Under the pieces are notes generated by a model that had not been told where the DNA came from, made no database searches, and saw nothing but the letters and a program-made list of their open reading frames with translations. A DNA stretch of 64,000 nt from a bacterium. GTDB taxonomy: Bacteria > SAR324 > NAC60-12. Of the stretch, positions 32,517 through 44,761 are shown one piece after another. Positions within the stretch are counted from its first letter, which is position 1. Each line of letters starts with the position of its first letter. Position numbers and translations under genes: made by a program. The stretch covers positions 288,001 to 352,000 of the forward strand of contig CBDBHR010000030.1 in the NCBI GenBank assembly GCA_965205865.1, read 5' to 3'.

Positions 32517-33820
32517 TAGTTAGGATTCTTCGTATAGGTGATAGCGCTGCCCCCTACCCAGTCGGTCAGCTCATAGGGTCCGGTGCCGACCAGGTTCCTC
32601 CAATCCTGAGCGTTGCCATGCTCCTTGATTACCTCGGGGGGATATATCCAGCCTGTCGGGTGGCTATTGTAGTAAATCTGATCCCGCGCATTGAAGTTTA
32701 CCTGCTTCAGCTTGAAGACAACGGTGTACTTGTCGGGCGCCGTTATCGATTCAATTGGCAAGTTGGTGATACTGGCGTCGCCCGGGCTCTTCTCGGTGAA
32801 ACCGCTGCCCAGGCCCGTTACCCGGTGGTAGGTAAACACGACATCATCGGCAACCAGCTCACGCCCGTTCATCGGCGCCTTATTGTGCCAGTGAATGCCC
32901 TTGCGGATTTTGAAGATTATGGTCAGGGGGTCTGGCATTTCGTAACTCTCCGCCAGATGTGGTTTAACAACCTCGATAGGAGTATGCCACCCCATATAGC
33001 CCCATTTGTCCCTGGGTATTGCCCAGTCCACCATGCCCAGCTTATCTAAAACGAGATTAATGGATTTATACGGGAGCGTGCCCCACCAGGTGTCAGTGTG
33101 CGGCGGCTCGTCAAGGTCTGCGGCGAAAACAATTTGCCCACCGTATTGAGGCGCTTTTATCATCTTGCTAGTGGATGGGTCTTTGACCATTTCCTGGGCA
33201 AAAGCCACCGAGCCCATCGCCAGAGCAATCGCCCCCGACACACCAAACCACATCCATTTTTTTATTCTTTGCTTAATCTTTTTCATAATAATTTCTCCAA
33301 ATACGATTGAATTAAAAAGGGATTTCGAAAGGGATTTCGTACTCCCACCATTGCTTCTTTTTTTCATTCTATTCCTGATCTTTTTCATGATTATCTCCTT
33401 TCAAATACTATTGAATTAACAAGGGATTTCGAAAGTGAATTCGTACTCCCACCATTGCTCCTCTTATTTTTAGTAGCATCCATCATTTCTCCTTTCTTGT
33501 GATTTAGGGTGAAGGACGCACTCAGGCGTCCATGATTTTCCAAATACCCCATTTTCCTTCGGTTCCTGGAGCTTGGAACGTAGGACTTGGGGCTTGGAAT
33601 TTGAAACGAGAAATCTTAAGGATCTTTCCCCTTCGGACTGGGCGCCACATCCGCGTCGCTTCCGGTACGCCGATGCACCGTATGCGGGGGGCCGCCTCCG
33701 GACCACCGAGCGCGGATCGCCGTGTGCAGACCAACCGTACCAACGGTCCCGTCGAGATGACACTAGTATCGTAAGGCAAAAGTTCGTACATGTTTTTCTC
33801 CTTCTGGCTATTCGTAGCGT

Positions 33821-33895
33821 TGTCATTCCGGGCGAAGACCCGGAATCCAGGGTCCGTTTCGATACCCTGGATTCCGAGTCTTCGCGGGAATGACA
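33821..33895. repeat. REP-like palindrome (TGTCATTCC...GGAATGACA); related copy at ~25455-25531
   Basis: tgtcattccgggcgaagacccggaatccaggg...ccctggattccgagtcttcgcgggaatgaca. Confidence 0.65.
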
Positions 33896-33994
33896 CGGAG
33901 AGTGTGTACGAACTTTCGCCACAGTGTACTAGGGATAGAACTTGGGACTGGGAACTTAGAAATTGGGAACGGGAAACTAGGAACTGATAACTTA

Positions 33995-34920
33995 GAACTT
34001 ATCCTTAAATAACATTAACTTTCCTGTAAGTTATGATAGCTGCAGCCAATTGAAGCAGTGCGAGATAAGTTTGATTATATTTTTCGAATCGGACCATTAT
34101 CTTGCGAAATCTGTTGAACCATGAATGGCTCACCTCGACGACCCATCTTCTGGGTCTGTATTGGGGATTTGCTTTTTTTTCTTGAATCTCTTCACCCCGT
34201 TTTTTCACATGTGGCACATAATCATTGGATCGAATGATCTGTGATGCTGGCTCACCGTGGTAGCCTTTGTCTGCGCACAGATGTTGTTCAATGCCCTCAG
34301 GCCGCGCAATGACGATTTCCTCCAAGACCAATTCCAACTGTGTCACATCATGCCGGTTCGCCCCGGTTACGACGAGGGACAGCGGGACACCACGGCCGTC
34401 AACCAGCAAATGACGCTTGCTCCCTTTTTTTTCCCCTGTCAGTCGGGTTTCGACCAACGGTTTCCTGAGCCAGTGGGGCTTTGACAGTCGTGCCGTCTAT
34501 GCTTTGCCATTTCCAGGAGATCCCTTCCATCTCATCATATTCGGCAAGTCCGGCTTGCCAAAGCGACAAAAAGAAACCCGCTTCATTCCAACGCATGAAA
34601 TGAGCATGGATGGCACTAGGACTCCCATATTTTTCCTTGGGAAGGGCTCTCCATTGACAACCGGTGCGCAAAACATATACAATTCCCTCGAAAATTTGGC
34701 GCGCAGGCATTGGCTTTCTACCACCACCGGGTTTGCGCTTGTAGGTCTTGTTCGGGTCACGTTTGGGTTTTGGTATCAGTGGCTCCACTCTGGCCCAAAA
34801 TGAATCAGATACTTCCCACGACTGTACTTTTGCCATATAGCCTCCATGCGTTTATGGTTGAACATGATGACAAAAATAATGCAGGAAATACCAATTTTCA
34901 AGTTATTAAAGGATAAGTTC
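33995..34920 (-). mobile_element. IS5-family element with two-ORF frameshifted transposase (34836-34005)
   Basis: TIR GAACTTATCCTT/AAGGATAAGTTC and TTA target duplication. Motifs LRTGCQWRALP, IDG, ADKGY, RWVVE. Slippery GGGGAAAAAAAAGGG at the ORF overlap. Confidence 0.92.
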
Positions 34921-34949
34921 TTAATAATTAATTGGGAATTGGGAATTGG

Positions 34950-35061
34950 GATTTTGGATTTTGGATTTTGGATTTTGGATTTTGGATTTTGGATTTTGGA
35001 TTTTGGATTTTGGATTTTGGATTTTGGATTTTGGATTTTGGATTTTGGATTTTGGATTTTG
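34950..35061. repeat. Heptamer microsatellite (GATTTTG)x16
   Basis: Perfect tandem array, preceded by AATTGGG variants. Confidence 0.95.
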
Positions 35062-35919
35062 AGTTTACTCTCATAACTACCTTATTGGCAATATCTTTAA
35101 TTTATACTTGAAACGGGTTAATTTCAGACTTTCATGTCATCCTGAGCAATACGAGGGAACGCATTTTTGCCTTTTCGTCCCTAGAATAAAATATTATATA
35201 AGGCTCTGCAAATGTTTATCAAGCCTTTTTTTATATAAATACCGCGACTCACTGAATTGCCATTCCGTCTTCGGATATTGGAAAAATATGTTTACTCGAT
35301 CTGGAAATGTTTGTCAACTTTTTTTAAACGGCGACTATTGCCCTTTCTTTCCTGGAATAAAATATTGTATAATCACTCTGCAAATGGTTGTCAAGCATTC
35401 AAGGCTATCTGTTCTCAGCTACAGCGGCCCGCGTAGGGTTTTCACTTACAAAAATAACCTGTATATCAATATGATTCAAAAACTGATAGCTGACAGCAGA
35501 GGGCTAAAAGCTAATTTCAGATGCAAAAATACAGAGATGAAAATGGAAAGTCAAACATTTTTCTTAAAAAAATTAAAGGTAACTTTCAGGTCTCTGAAAA
35601 ACCCGTTTAGTTCAATATCGGTGAAAAAAGATTCCCGAGGAGGATCCATCACTTCACTTCCTCCCGCACCTATTTTGAATCGAACGGGCGGGAACCCTCC
35701 CAAGATTTTGTTCAATCGATCGAGCGGGAACCCTCCCACAGCTAATTTTGAATCAAACAAGCGGAAATCCTCTCCTTGCCTAAAACAACAAGGCATGATT
35801 TCAGCACTACTACGCGGCGCAAAGCCTATAGCAAGTTTGGATCAGGAGAATTGCGCAATAATGGAGGTCAGCTATAAAAAGATTTATTGCGTCCATCTTC
35901 GGCATGAGCCAAAAAGCGA

Positions 35920-36414
35920 ATGAAGGATTATGTTTATTATGGAAAGACGGAATTTCGTGGCATCCATAGCAATGATCTCTTAAAAATCCGTGAGAAAGTC
36001 AAAGGCCCCGATCATCTCACTCACCTTCAAGCAAAAAAGAACATCTTCCCTGAATACTACTTGATCCGTGTGGAGAACTTCCAGGATATGATCGAAGCAG
36101 ACTTGGATGAATGGATCTATCTGTTAAAACACGAATCCATCAAGTCGGAATTTAAATCGAAGCACATTCGTGAAGCCGGGAAAAAATTAGACCTTGTGAC
36201 AATGGGTTCTGAAGAACGCAAACACTATGAAAGGTATCTTATGCATTTGGTTTCGGAACGAGGAATCATCGAAACGGCAAAAGCAGAGGGGAGAGAAGAA
36301 GGAATCGAAAAAGGAATCACTGACATGGCAAGAGAAATGAAACAAAAAGGGATTGATTTAAAAATGATCAGTGAAATTTCCGGATTGTCTCCGGAGAAAA
36401 TTGAAAAATTATAA
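35920..36414 (+). pseudogene. Rpn / PD-(D/E)XK nuclease-family (putative transposase) C-terminal fragment
   Basis: IFPEYYLI, LDEWIYLLK, AKAEGREEGIEKG...ISGLSPEKIEKL. The catalytic N-terminus is missing. Confidence 0.7.
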
Positions 36415-36579
36415 GATCCTCTTATGCTTCCCTGAAACGAGCTGACCAACGGATCAACGTTGACTTGTGACCCCGCGCTTTTCTCAAAAGTTTCTGCAAG
36501 ATTACAAGTCCATCTCATTTTCAAAGTTCAGTGAAATGTCACAAGCATGTTATCCAAGGCGTTAGAATGACAACATATT

Positions 36580-36773
36580 CTGGACTTTGGACATTCGATT
36601 TATTCTTTTAATTTTCATTATTCAATAATATCAGTTGGTTGAAATTCTGTAAAAAATTAATACAGGTTGCTGTTTTCCGTTTTTGATGATACGACCTGTA
36701 TTAATTCCAATACAGGTTCGTAAGATGTTGATTTTATTAAACCCAAAAGTTGGATAAAATGTTCAAAGTCGAG
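36580..36773. mobile_element. 194-bp MITE, copy 1
   Basis: TIR CTGGACTTTGGACATT / AATGTTCAAAGTCGAG; 8-bp TSD AACATATT. Confidence 0.85.
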
Positions 36774-36797
36774 AACATATTGTGAGTAGATCAATTT

Positions 36798-37052
36798 ATG
36801 GGAAAATACGATAAGTTGATTCTCCGAATATTGCGGGGAAACTCCGATGAAAACATTGCTTTTGAAGACTTGTGTGAGTTGTTGAAGCGACTTGAGTTCG
36901 AAGAGAGAACAAAAGGCAGTCATCATATTTTTCGAAAGACCGGTGTGGAGGAAAAAATCAATCTACAGCGTGATGGTAGTAAGGCAAAATCTTATCAGGT
37001 TCGTCAAGTTCGGACTATTATTGCAAAGCATAAGCTTGCTGGAGACGAATAA
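36798..37052 (+). CDS. hicA: HicA-family toxin
   Basis: FEDLCELLKRLEFEERTKGSHHIF...AKSYQVRQVR. Confidence 0.85.
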   Translation: MGKYDKLILRILRGNSDENIAFEDLCELLKRLEFEERTKGSHHIFRKTGVEEKINLQRDGSKAKSYQVRQVRTIIAKHKLAGDE

Positions 37053-37264
37053 TGTTTAAATATGAAACAATAATTTATTGGAGTGAAGAAGATCAAGTGT
37101 ACATAGCAGAAGTTCCTGAATTACCGGGATGTATGGCACATGGCAATTCATACGAATTGGCTTTAAGCAGTGCAAAAGAAGCCATTCAATTGTGGCTCGA
37201 TACTGCCAATGAGTTTAGTGATCCCATTCCAGTGCCTAAAGGGCATCGGCTCATGTACGCTTAG
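37052..37264 (+). CDS. hicB: HicB-family antitoxin
   Basis: YIAEVPELPGCMAHG...EAIQLWL...PIPVPK. Confidence 0.88.
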   Translation: MFKYETIIYWSEEDQVYIAEVPELPGCMAHGNSYELALSSAKEAIQLWLDTANEFSDPIPVPKGHRLMYA

Positions 37265-37462
37265 GAGCATATTCAAGAAATCGCTCAAAAAGAAGGAGTA
37301 TCCATCAACCAATTTATCTCTTCGGCAGTCTCTGAGAAAATCTCAGCAATCATGACAGAGGAATATTTGGAGCGAAGAGCTAAGAGAGCGGATAGAAAAG
37401 AATTTGGAAAAATTCCAGATCAAGTCCCTCACCGTCCTCCAATAGCAGGAGTTGAGCTGTGA
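37265..37462 (+). pseudogene. Startless remnant of an RHH (HicB-like) antitoxin
   Basis: EIAQKEGVSINQFISSAVSEKISAIMTEEYLERRAKR. Confidence 0.55.
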
Positions 37463-37960
37463 CCTGTCCAACAATGGCATCCGGACGGACCTTGACCACA
37501 GCGCTTTGATTATGGCAATGTCGGAGGTTACCCCGAGCACAACGATGATCTGCAGACAGATCATTTTTGAGGAAGCAAATAACCGGTGGGACGGCAAGCA
37601 CGCCGCCGTCCCACGGGGTTTAGGGGATTCCTGGAGCAAGGCGAGACTAGTGCCCCATCTCTGGCTTCACTCTTTGTCGACCCGGAGGTACGCGAAGATG
37701 TCACTCCGGTTCATGGGGCCGAGCTCCTCTTCGCTGTTGTAGCCCTTGATCCATGGTTGGGTGACACCGAACAGGGGAGTTATTGGCCCCCTGATCGTCC
37801 ACAGTTGCTCGGCGACGCGCAGGTCGGCCTTCCGCAGCCACTCCTTCTGCTCCTCTATCGTGATAGCGGCCCGCGCATTCTCGAAGTACTCGTCAAAAAC
37901 GGGGTCGCTGTTGTTCGAGGGATGCCAGGAGTTCTTCGAATAGTATGCCGCGATCGACAC
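37463..37960 (-). pseudogene. Remnants of a further dpp locus (SBP C-terminus 37647-37960; dppC scrap ~37465-37560)
   Basis: DPVFDEYFENARAA...QPWIKGYNSE...EMGH*, and LQIIVVLGV. Confidence 0.75.
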
Positions 37961-38313
37961 CGGGGCACTTCAAGCGCGCGGATGCCATGGAGTACCTCGC
38001 AAATGCGCAGGATGCGTGGTTTCCGCCAGATGAGCCTGACGAGACCGAGTCGATTGAAAGCTTGATCGAACGGCTCGACGCAGCGGTCCTCGGGCTAATC
38101 GAGGCATTGGACGATGACAGCGCTGATCTGCAGCGGCTACTCGACGAAGCGCGTCGTTCTCATGATGACACTCATTGGATGTGAATCTCCCGATCAACAT
38201 GTACGATTCAATACTGATCTTGAAACCCGCTGGAGTTGAGCGATTACTAATTCGAGACACGCATCAGGGTACAGCGAGAACAATAGGGTCACCGAAGTTA
38301 GCAGCTGAAAAGG

Positions 38314-38389
<76 letters not shown>

Positions 38390-38542
38390 GTGTCTTGGAC
38401 AGGTAGATCGCAAGCCTATCGAAAAAATAGATTTATTTCAAGAAAAAACTACGCCTTTTTAACAGTTCCGTATAAAAGCCATGAAAATTAACCTTGCACG
38501 CCTCTTCGGTCTTCTCTTGTATAGGCCGGGTCCACTTGCCAT

Positions 38543-38990
38543 TCAAGAATCATAGCTATTGTCTTGCAAAAGCCGGATCAATTTCCCATGTGCGGCAGGG
38601 AAAGAAAACTGAGCGATTTGATGCAAGGCCACCCATTTGACGGAAACAGATTCATTTTGCGGGTCATGCTCGTTACAAGAACGTAAAAAGCAGTGCAGGG
38701 TCACTTTGAAGGAGGTGTAACCGTGTTTGATGGTCGACAAATGTTGCTTGATCGTAATGCGAACATGGTGCTGCTTTCGCATTCCGGTGACCAATTCCTT
38801 CTGCATGTCTCGGTCTCCATTTAAATGGATATTGGGAAATTCCCACAATCCTGCCATCAATCCCTCTGCAGGACGTTTGCGAATTAAAAACCGGTCCTTC
38901 TTTTGAATGACTGCCAGGATGGTGGTGATGGATTGCAAAGGACGACGTTGTACTTTGGCGGAGACCTGCTCCGTGGAACCTGCCTTAAGA
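38543..38990 (-). pseudogene. mutY: MutY C-terminal NUDIX-like domain only
   Basis: FLIRKRPAEGLMAGLWEFP, IKHGYTSFKVTL, FSFPAAHGKL. The glycosylase and Fe-S domains are absent. Confidence 0.7.
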
Positions 38991-39018
38991 AGAATAAAAA
39001 ATCCATTCGAGTTTCAGG

Positions 39019-39212
39019 CTGGACTTTGGACATTCGATTTATTCTTTTAATTTTCATTATTCAATAATATCAGTTGGTTAAAATTCTATAAAAAATTAAT
39101 ACAGGTTGCTGTTTTCCGTTTTTGATGATACGACCTGTATTAATTCCAATACAAATTCGTAAGACATTGATTTTATTAAACCCAAAAGTTGGATAAAATG
39201 TTCAAAGTCGAG
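39019..39212. mobile_element. 194-bp MITE, copy 2
   Basis: Near-identical to 36580-36773; TSD TTTCAGG. Confidence 0.85.
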
Positions 39213-39313
39213 TTTCAGGAAGACGTGAAAAATTTGAATTTACATGAGTTCTGATATCCCGTAGAATTTGATTCGGGGATTTCACTCAGTATATACGTAG
39301 GAGCCTTCAAGTC

Positions 39314-40693
39314 ATGCGTTTGGATGATACAATTGCGGCCATTGCCACGGCAACAGGACCGGCAGGCATCGGTGTGATTCGGATTAGCGGAAATAGAGCC
39401 ATTCGTGTTGCCTGCGCAATTTTTTCCCCTTCCCATTCCGAACAGAATTTCGAGGAGGCGCAATCGCATCGTCTCTACCATGGCTGGATCCACGATCAAG
39501 GGCGATCTCTGGACGAAGTGCTGGTTGCGGTGATGCGAGCTCCGCATTCCTACACCACGGAGGACGTCGTAGAAATCCAGTGCCATGGCAGTGTTGCTGT
39601 CTTACAAACTATGCTGGAACTGATATTGAAGCATGACGTGCGTTTGGCCGAACCCGGAGAGTTCACCCAACGCGCCTTTTTGCACGGAAGACTGGATTTG
39701 ACGCAGGTTGAAGCCGTATCCGACCTGATTCATGCCCGTTCTCGTCTGGGAATTTATACGGCTGTCAATCAACTGAAGGGAAAGTTGTATGAGGCGATTG
39801 CTGCGATCCGGGAAGACGTAGCCCATGTTGCGGCCTTGATTGAAGCCACTATTGATTTTTCTGATGAAGACGAAGAATTCACGCAGCATGAGGAATGCGT
39901 GACACGTCTGGAGCAGACCCGTAAGGATTTGGAAGCGCTTCTCTCCTTTGCAGAACAAGGGAAGATCCTGCGGTCCGGTTTGGGGGTGGCGCTGATTGGC
40001 CGTCCCAATGTTGGAAAATCAAGCTTGCTCAATGCCTTGCTGCAGGAACAGCGCGCGATTGTGACGGAAATCCCCGGAACCACCCGAGATGTCATTGAAG
40101 AATCCATCCATTTTAAAGGACTGGCCATTCGCTTGATCGATACGGCAGGGATCCGCATGACAAAAGACATTGTTGAAAGCGAAGGTGTGCAGCGTAGTAG
40201 AAATGCCTGGGAAACTGCAGATATGGCGCTCCTGCTCCTCGACAGTTCCACCTCGTTGTTTCCAGAGGACAAGCAACTCCTGGAGCAAGCAGATCCGGAG
40301 GAAACCATAGTGGTGCTGAACAAAAAGGATTTACTCTCTGGTGATCAACCTGCCTGGATCGAGCAGTGTCATCCGTTCAAGACGGTATTGGTTTCGGCAA
40401 AGCATGCGGCGGGACTGCAGGAATTGGAAGAATCCTTGTTTGAAAAAGGGACCCGAGATGGGTTTTTGATGGAAGAACAAGCCCTCATCACCAACGTACG
40501 ACAGCAACAATCAGCCAAGAAAGCATTATTCGCCTTGCAGGTTGCTCTGGAAGACTTGCGCAATAGGGTGGGAGAAGAATGCCTGGCGGTGGATCTCGCC
40601 GGTTGCTTGCGCGCCCTGGGTGAAATCGTCGGAGACACGACGGCGGATGATTTATTGAATCGGATTTTTTCGCAGTTTTGTATTGGGAAATGA
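39314..40693 (+). CDS. mnmE: tRNA modification GTPase
   Basis: DTIAAIAT, GRPNVGKSSLLN, PGTTRD, DTAG, NKKD, FCIGK C-terminus. Confidence 0.96.
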   Translation: MRLDDTIAAIATATGPAGIGVIRISGNRAIRVACAIFSPSHSEQNFEEAQSHRLYHGWIHDQGRSLDEVLVAVMRAPHSYTTEDVVEIQCHGSVAVLQTMLELILKHDVRLAEPGEFTQRAFLHGRLDLTQVEAVSDLIHARSRLGIYTAVNQLKGKLYEAIAAIREDVAHVAALIEATIDFSDEDEEFTQHEECVTRLEQTRKDLEALLSFAEQGKILRSGLGVALIGRPNVGKSSLLNALLQEQRAIVTEIPGTTRDVIEESIHFKGLAIRLIDTAGIRMTKDIVESEGVQRSRNAWETADMALLLLDSSTSLFPEDKQLLEQADPEETIVVLNKKDLLSGDQPAWIEQCHPFKTVLVSAKHAAGLQELEESLFEKGTRDGFLMEEQALITNVRQQQSAKKALFALQVALEDLRNRVGEECLAVDLAGCLRALGEIVGDTTADDLLNRIFSQFCIGK

Positions 40694-40717
40694 ACCCCGA
40701 CTTTCCGGTTTATTCCA

Positions 40718-43700
40718 TTAACTGCATCCGGATGTGGCCCCACACGAGACGCATTTGAGGCAAGAGCCGTTGCGGACCATGGTCAACTGCCCGCATGTTT
40801 CACAATACTCTCCCTCATACCCTTTCATTTTTGCTTCCTGTAGTCGCGATTCCTGCGAACGCTGCAAAGTCCATGCTTCTTTCTTTCCTGCAGTGTACGC
40901 GTCGGAGCGGGAGGCGCTATTGGAATGTCCGCTTCCCGGGGACAATGAAGCACGCTCCGAAAAGTCAGCAAAAGAATGTTCCACTTCCATGAAACGTCTT
41001 TCCGTCTCGGCATTGGGTCGTTGTCCGGTCATTCCATCGCCTTTCGATTCTTCAGCAGGGGTGGCGAGACTGTCCAAGGTACGCTCCACCACGATTTCTT
41101 CCCCTTCGAATTCGGGTTCCGTCTGTTTGCGAGAGTACAGTTCACTGGCTTGCAGATCTTCCTGATTGACGTGCGCCAAATCATTCCGTGCCAGATAAGT
41201 GATGGCCAATTCCCGGAAAATGTAGTCGATGATCGAAGTGCTCATCTTGATGGCATCGTGTCCGGCAACCAGACCATTGGGCTCGAAACGCGTGAAGACA
41301 AACGCTTCCACGTATTCTTCCAAAGGCACGCCATGTTGCAATCCCAGAGAGATGGCAATGGCGAAACAGTTCATCATGCTACGAAAAGCGGCGCCCTCCT
41401 TGTGCATGTCCAGGAAAATTTCTCCTATGGTGCCATCCGGATATTCGCCGGTTCTCAAATAGACTTTATGTCCTCCTACAATTGCTTTTTGAGTGTATCC
41501 TGTCCGTCTTTGAGGCAGTCGGCGCCGTTTTGCCAAATAGCGATGGATAATGCGCTCCGCAATGCGTACTTCCGGTGATTGCGCCTCTTCGACTTCCTCA
41601 GAATCTTCCCTCGCCAAGGACCTCCCGTCCTCCTCATCCACATTGGTATTGAGGGGTTGACTCAATTTGCTGCCATCTCGATAAAACGCGTTGCATTTCA
41701 AACCCAATTCCCAAGAGCGATTGCAGGCGTCTTTGATGTCGGAGATGGAAGCATGTTCAGGCAAATTGATAGTTTTGGAAATGGAGCCGGAAATAAAAGG
41801 TTGCGCAGCTGCCATCATGTGGATGTGGGCTCGAGGGGCGATGTAACGTTTGCCTTTTTTCCCGCACTTGTTGGCACAGTCGAAGACGGCATAGTGTTCT
41901 TTTTTCAGATGTGGCGCCCCTTCAATCGTCATGGTACCACAAATGTAATCATTGGCGGCTTCAATTTCCTTTTCGGAAAACCCCAAGGCTTTGAGGACGT
42001 GGCGATCGTCGAGTTGCTCATCACTGAATCCCAGGGTTTGTTTACAAAATTCTTCTCCCAGTATCCATTTGTTGAAGACGAAGGTGATATCAAAAGCAGA
42101 GGACAACTGAGATTCGACGCCTTCCAGCACGTCTTCGGTGAATCCTTTCAGTTTCAAAGTCTCCGGGTTGATGCATGGACTCCCCTGCAGGGTGCCCTGA
42201 CCTTTGACGTAAAAAACGATATCAGCACTTTGCGATTCGTTATATCCCAGTCTCTTCAAAGCAGGGGGGATGGATTGATTGATGATTTTAAAATAGCCTC
42301 CTCCCGCCAACTTCTTGAATTTGACCAGAGAGAAGTCGGGTTCGATCCCGGTCGTGTCACAGTCCATTACCAGTCCGATGGTCCCGGTGGGCGCAATGAC
42401 GGTCACCTGCGCATTGCGGAATCCGTGTTTTTCTCCCAATTCCAATGCCTGATCGGAAGCTTGCCGGGCCGCCTTGAGCAAATCAGGGGGACAGTATTGA
42501 CTGTCGATGCCCACCGGTTTGATCGTCAGTTCCTCATATTCGGTTTCGGGCACACGGTAAGTTGCCCGTTGATGGTTGCGCACTACCCGTAAAACGTGTT
42601 GCCGGTTGTTTTCATATTCAGGAAAGGGACCCAATTCCCTGGCCATTTCCGCAGAGGCAGTATAGGCCGTCATGTGCATGATGGCGGTGATGGCGCCACA
42701 GATGGCAGTGGCTTTGTTCGAATCATAAGGGATTCCCGAGGTCATCAGGTAAGTGCCCAGATTCGCATATCCCAATCCCAGCGTGCGGTAATTGTAGGAC
42801 AGTTCCGCAATCCGTTGACTGGGAAATTGGGCCATCAACACGCTGATTTCCAAAACAACCGTCCACAAGCGCACGGCATGACGGAAACTCTTGATATCGA
42901 ATTCTTTGTTTAGGGAATCCTGAAACTTGATCAGATTGAGGGATGCCAGATTGCAGGCGGTATCATCCAGAAACATGTATTCACTGCATGGATTCGAGGC
43001 CCGGATTGCGCCACCTTGCGGACAGGTGTGCCATTCATTGATGGTGGTGTCGAATTGAATCCCCGGATCGGCGGAAGACCAGGCAGTGTAGGCAATTTGT
43101 TCCCACAATTCGGAGGCTTTCAGGGTTTTACAGGGTTGAGGAACCCGACCTTCCGCAGCCGCGTTTACCTTTTCAGTGCGCCAGTATAGATTCCAGTCAC
43201 CTTCTTGCTGCAGGGTTTGCATGAAATCATTGGCGATACGGACGGAGTTGTTGGCGTTTTGTCCGGAGACCGTGCCATAGGCTTCCGCATTCCAGTCAGT
43301 GTCATATTCTTCAAACTCGATACCCCTGTATCCCTGCCGGGCCAGTTGAATGATCCTTTCTATGTAATTGGCGGGGACATGAAATTGACGGGCTTTTCGA
43401 ATGGTTTGGCTTAGCGCGTAATTTTTTTTACGGTCGAATTTTTCTTCCGGGAGTACCTCCCCTTCTCCCTGCCAACCATGAATGGCATCAAACAATTCAT
43501 TGAGAATATTTGAAATTGTCATTGAACCGGCAACCATAGCGGCTACCTTTTGTTCTTCCACGACCTTCCAATTGATAAAGGATTCGATATCAGGATGATC
43601 CATGTCCAGACAGATCATCTTGGCGGCCCGCCGAGTGGTTCCCCCCGACTTGATGGCGCCGGCGGCAGTATCTCCTATCTTGAGAAACGACATCAACCCT

Positions 43701-44449
43701 GAAGAAACACCACCGCCGGATAGTGGTTCCCTACCTCCACGGATATACGAAAAATTGGTGCCGGTTCCCGAACCATATTTGAACAGGCGCGCCTCCCGCG
43801 TCCACAAATCCATGATGCCTCCCTCCTGCACCAGATCATCGGTGACGGACTGGATAAAACACGCATGCGGTTGCGGATGAGTGTAGGCGTCTTTGGATTT
43901 GGTCATCTGTTTAGTATCGGGATCGATGTAATGGTGCCCCTGCGACGGCCCCGTGATGCCATAAGCCCAGTTGAGACCCGTATTGAACCATTGAGGTGAA
44001 TTGGGAGCCGCCATCTGCTTGGCCAGCATGTAGCGCATCTCATCATAAAACGCCCTGGCATCCTTTTCGCTGTCGAAATAACTATAACCCCAGTAGGTCC
44101 AGCACCCTGCCAATCTGCGAAAGAGTTGGCGCGAATCTGTTTCAATGGTGGTTTGTTCTGATTCAGGCAGGTTGCTCAGTTTTGCTTTGTCTGCCACGGA
44201 AGGCTGCAACCAGGAGGGGATGTTTTTTTCTTTTGCAGGTTTCAAATACCGGGGTATACCGGCTTTACGAAAATACTTCTGGGCGAGGATGTCCGTCGCC
44301 ACCTGAGACCAGTTCCGGGGGACAATCACTTCCTTCCACTCGAAAACAATGGAACCATCCGGATTACGTATCACCGAAGATCTGGTAGTGAACTCTATGG
44401 ACTCGAAAGGGTCCTGACCTTCCCTGGTGTACAATCGTTCTATTTTCAT
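40718..44449 (-). CDS. nrdJ: Class II (B12-dependent) ribonucleotide reductase
   Basis: NSPQWFN, HACFI, SNPCSEY, IAPTGT, ISKTIN, C-terminal CxxC...[11 protein letters not shown]. Confidence 0.95.
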   Translation of the reverse strand: MKIERLYTREGQDPFESIEFTTRSSVIRNPDGSIVFEWKEVIVPRNWSQVATDILAQKYFRKAGIPRYLKPAKEKNIPSWLQPSVADKAKLSNLPESEQTTIETDSRQLFRRLAGCWTYWGYSYFDSEKDARAFYDEMRYMLAKQMAAPNSPQWFNTGLNWAYGITGPSQGHHYIDPDTKQMTKSKDAYTHPQPHACFIQSVTDDLVQEGGIMDLWTREARLFKYGSGTGTNFSYIRGGREPLSGGGVSSGLMSFLKIGDTAAGAIKSGGTTRRAAKMICLDMDHPDIESFINWKVVEEQKVAAMVAGSMTISNILNELFDAIHGWQGEGEVLPEEKFDRKKNYALSQTIRKARQFHVPANYIERIIQLARQGYRGIEFEEYDTDWNAEAYGTVSGQNANNSVRIANDFMQTLQQEGDWNLYWRTEKVNAAAEGRVPQPCKTLKASELWEQIAYTAWSSADPGIQFDTTINEWHTCPQGGAIRASNPCSEYMFLDDTACNLASLNLIKFQDSLNKEFDIKSFRHAVRLWTVVLEISVLMAQFPSQRIAELSYNYRTLGLGYANLGTYLMTSGIPYDSNKATAICGAITAIMHMTAYTASAEMARELGPFPEYENNRQHVLRVVRNHQRATYRVPETEYEELTIKPVGIDSQYCPPDLLKAARQASDQALELGEKHGFRNAQVTVIAPTGTIGLVMDCDTTGIEPDFSLVKFKKLAGGGYFKIINQSIPPALKRLGYNESQSADIVFYVKGQGTLQGSPCINPETLKLKGFTEDVLEGVESQLSSAFDITFVFNKWILGEEFCKQTLGFSDEQLDDRHVLKALGFSEKEIEAANDYICGTMTIEGAPHLKKEHYAVFDCANKCGKKGKRYIAPRAHIHMMAAAQPFISGSISKTINLPEHASISDIKDACNRSWELGLKCNAFYRDGSKLSQPLNTNVDEEDGRSLAREDSEEVEEAQSPEVRIAERIIHRYLAKRRRLPQRRTGYTQKAIVGGHKVYLRTGEYPDGTIGEIFLDMHKEGAAFRSMMNCFAIAISLGLQHGVPLEEYVEAFVFTRFEPNGLVAGHDAIKMSTSIIDYIFRELAITYLARNDLAHVNQEDLQASELYSRKQTEPEFEGEEIVVERTLDSLATPAEESKGDGMTGQRPNAETERRFMEVEHSFADFSERASLSPGSGHSNSASRSDAYTAGKKEAWTLQRSQESRLQEAKMKGYEGEYCETCGQLTMVRNGSCLKCVSCGATSGCS

Positions 44450-44761
44450 GAAATCCTCTCTTTCAGAAGTTGGAATATTCCAAATTTTCTCTAAGGTTAC
44501 CAGATCATTATCGCATCAAGATTATTTTCACAATATTTTTTACTGACGTTCTTGCCGATCTTGTGCTACGATTGTTTTTCATGGAAATGGTGATCTCTCA
44601 AAATGTTGATTCTGGTGTTAACTATTTGAATATATTACCATTTCCATGTTTGATTGTCATCTAATTGCAGGATTCAGGTCTGTTTTAAACACTCATATTG
44701 CACCTATTTGTCGGACAAATTCTTTTAAACGCCGGCAAAGCCGTTCAACAAAAAGACATTT

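Larger units (their letters stand above)
29524..33286 (-). pseudogene. Family 5 SBP (DppA-like) interrupted by an IS
   Basis: N-half 33286-32517 ends ...YTKNPN; C-half resumes YWKDDEKFPGNRLPY at ~30530. Removing the insertion restores the frame. Confidence 0.9.

Noticed and set aside
35108-35923. 271 aa ORF
   Set aside because: TTG start, unprotein-like composition and no family signal.
40718-44449. Intein in the long NrdJ
   Set aside because: No splice-junction or LAGLIDADG motifs; the length fits long class II enzymes.
44529-44608. NrdR boxes upstream of nrdJ
   Set aside because: Only partial matches (e.g. CAACATTTTG on the minus strand), too weak to call.
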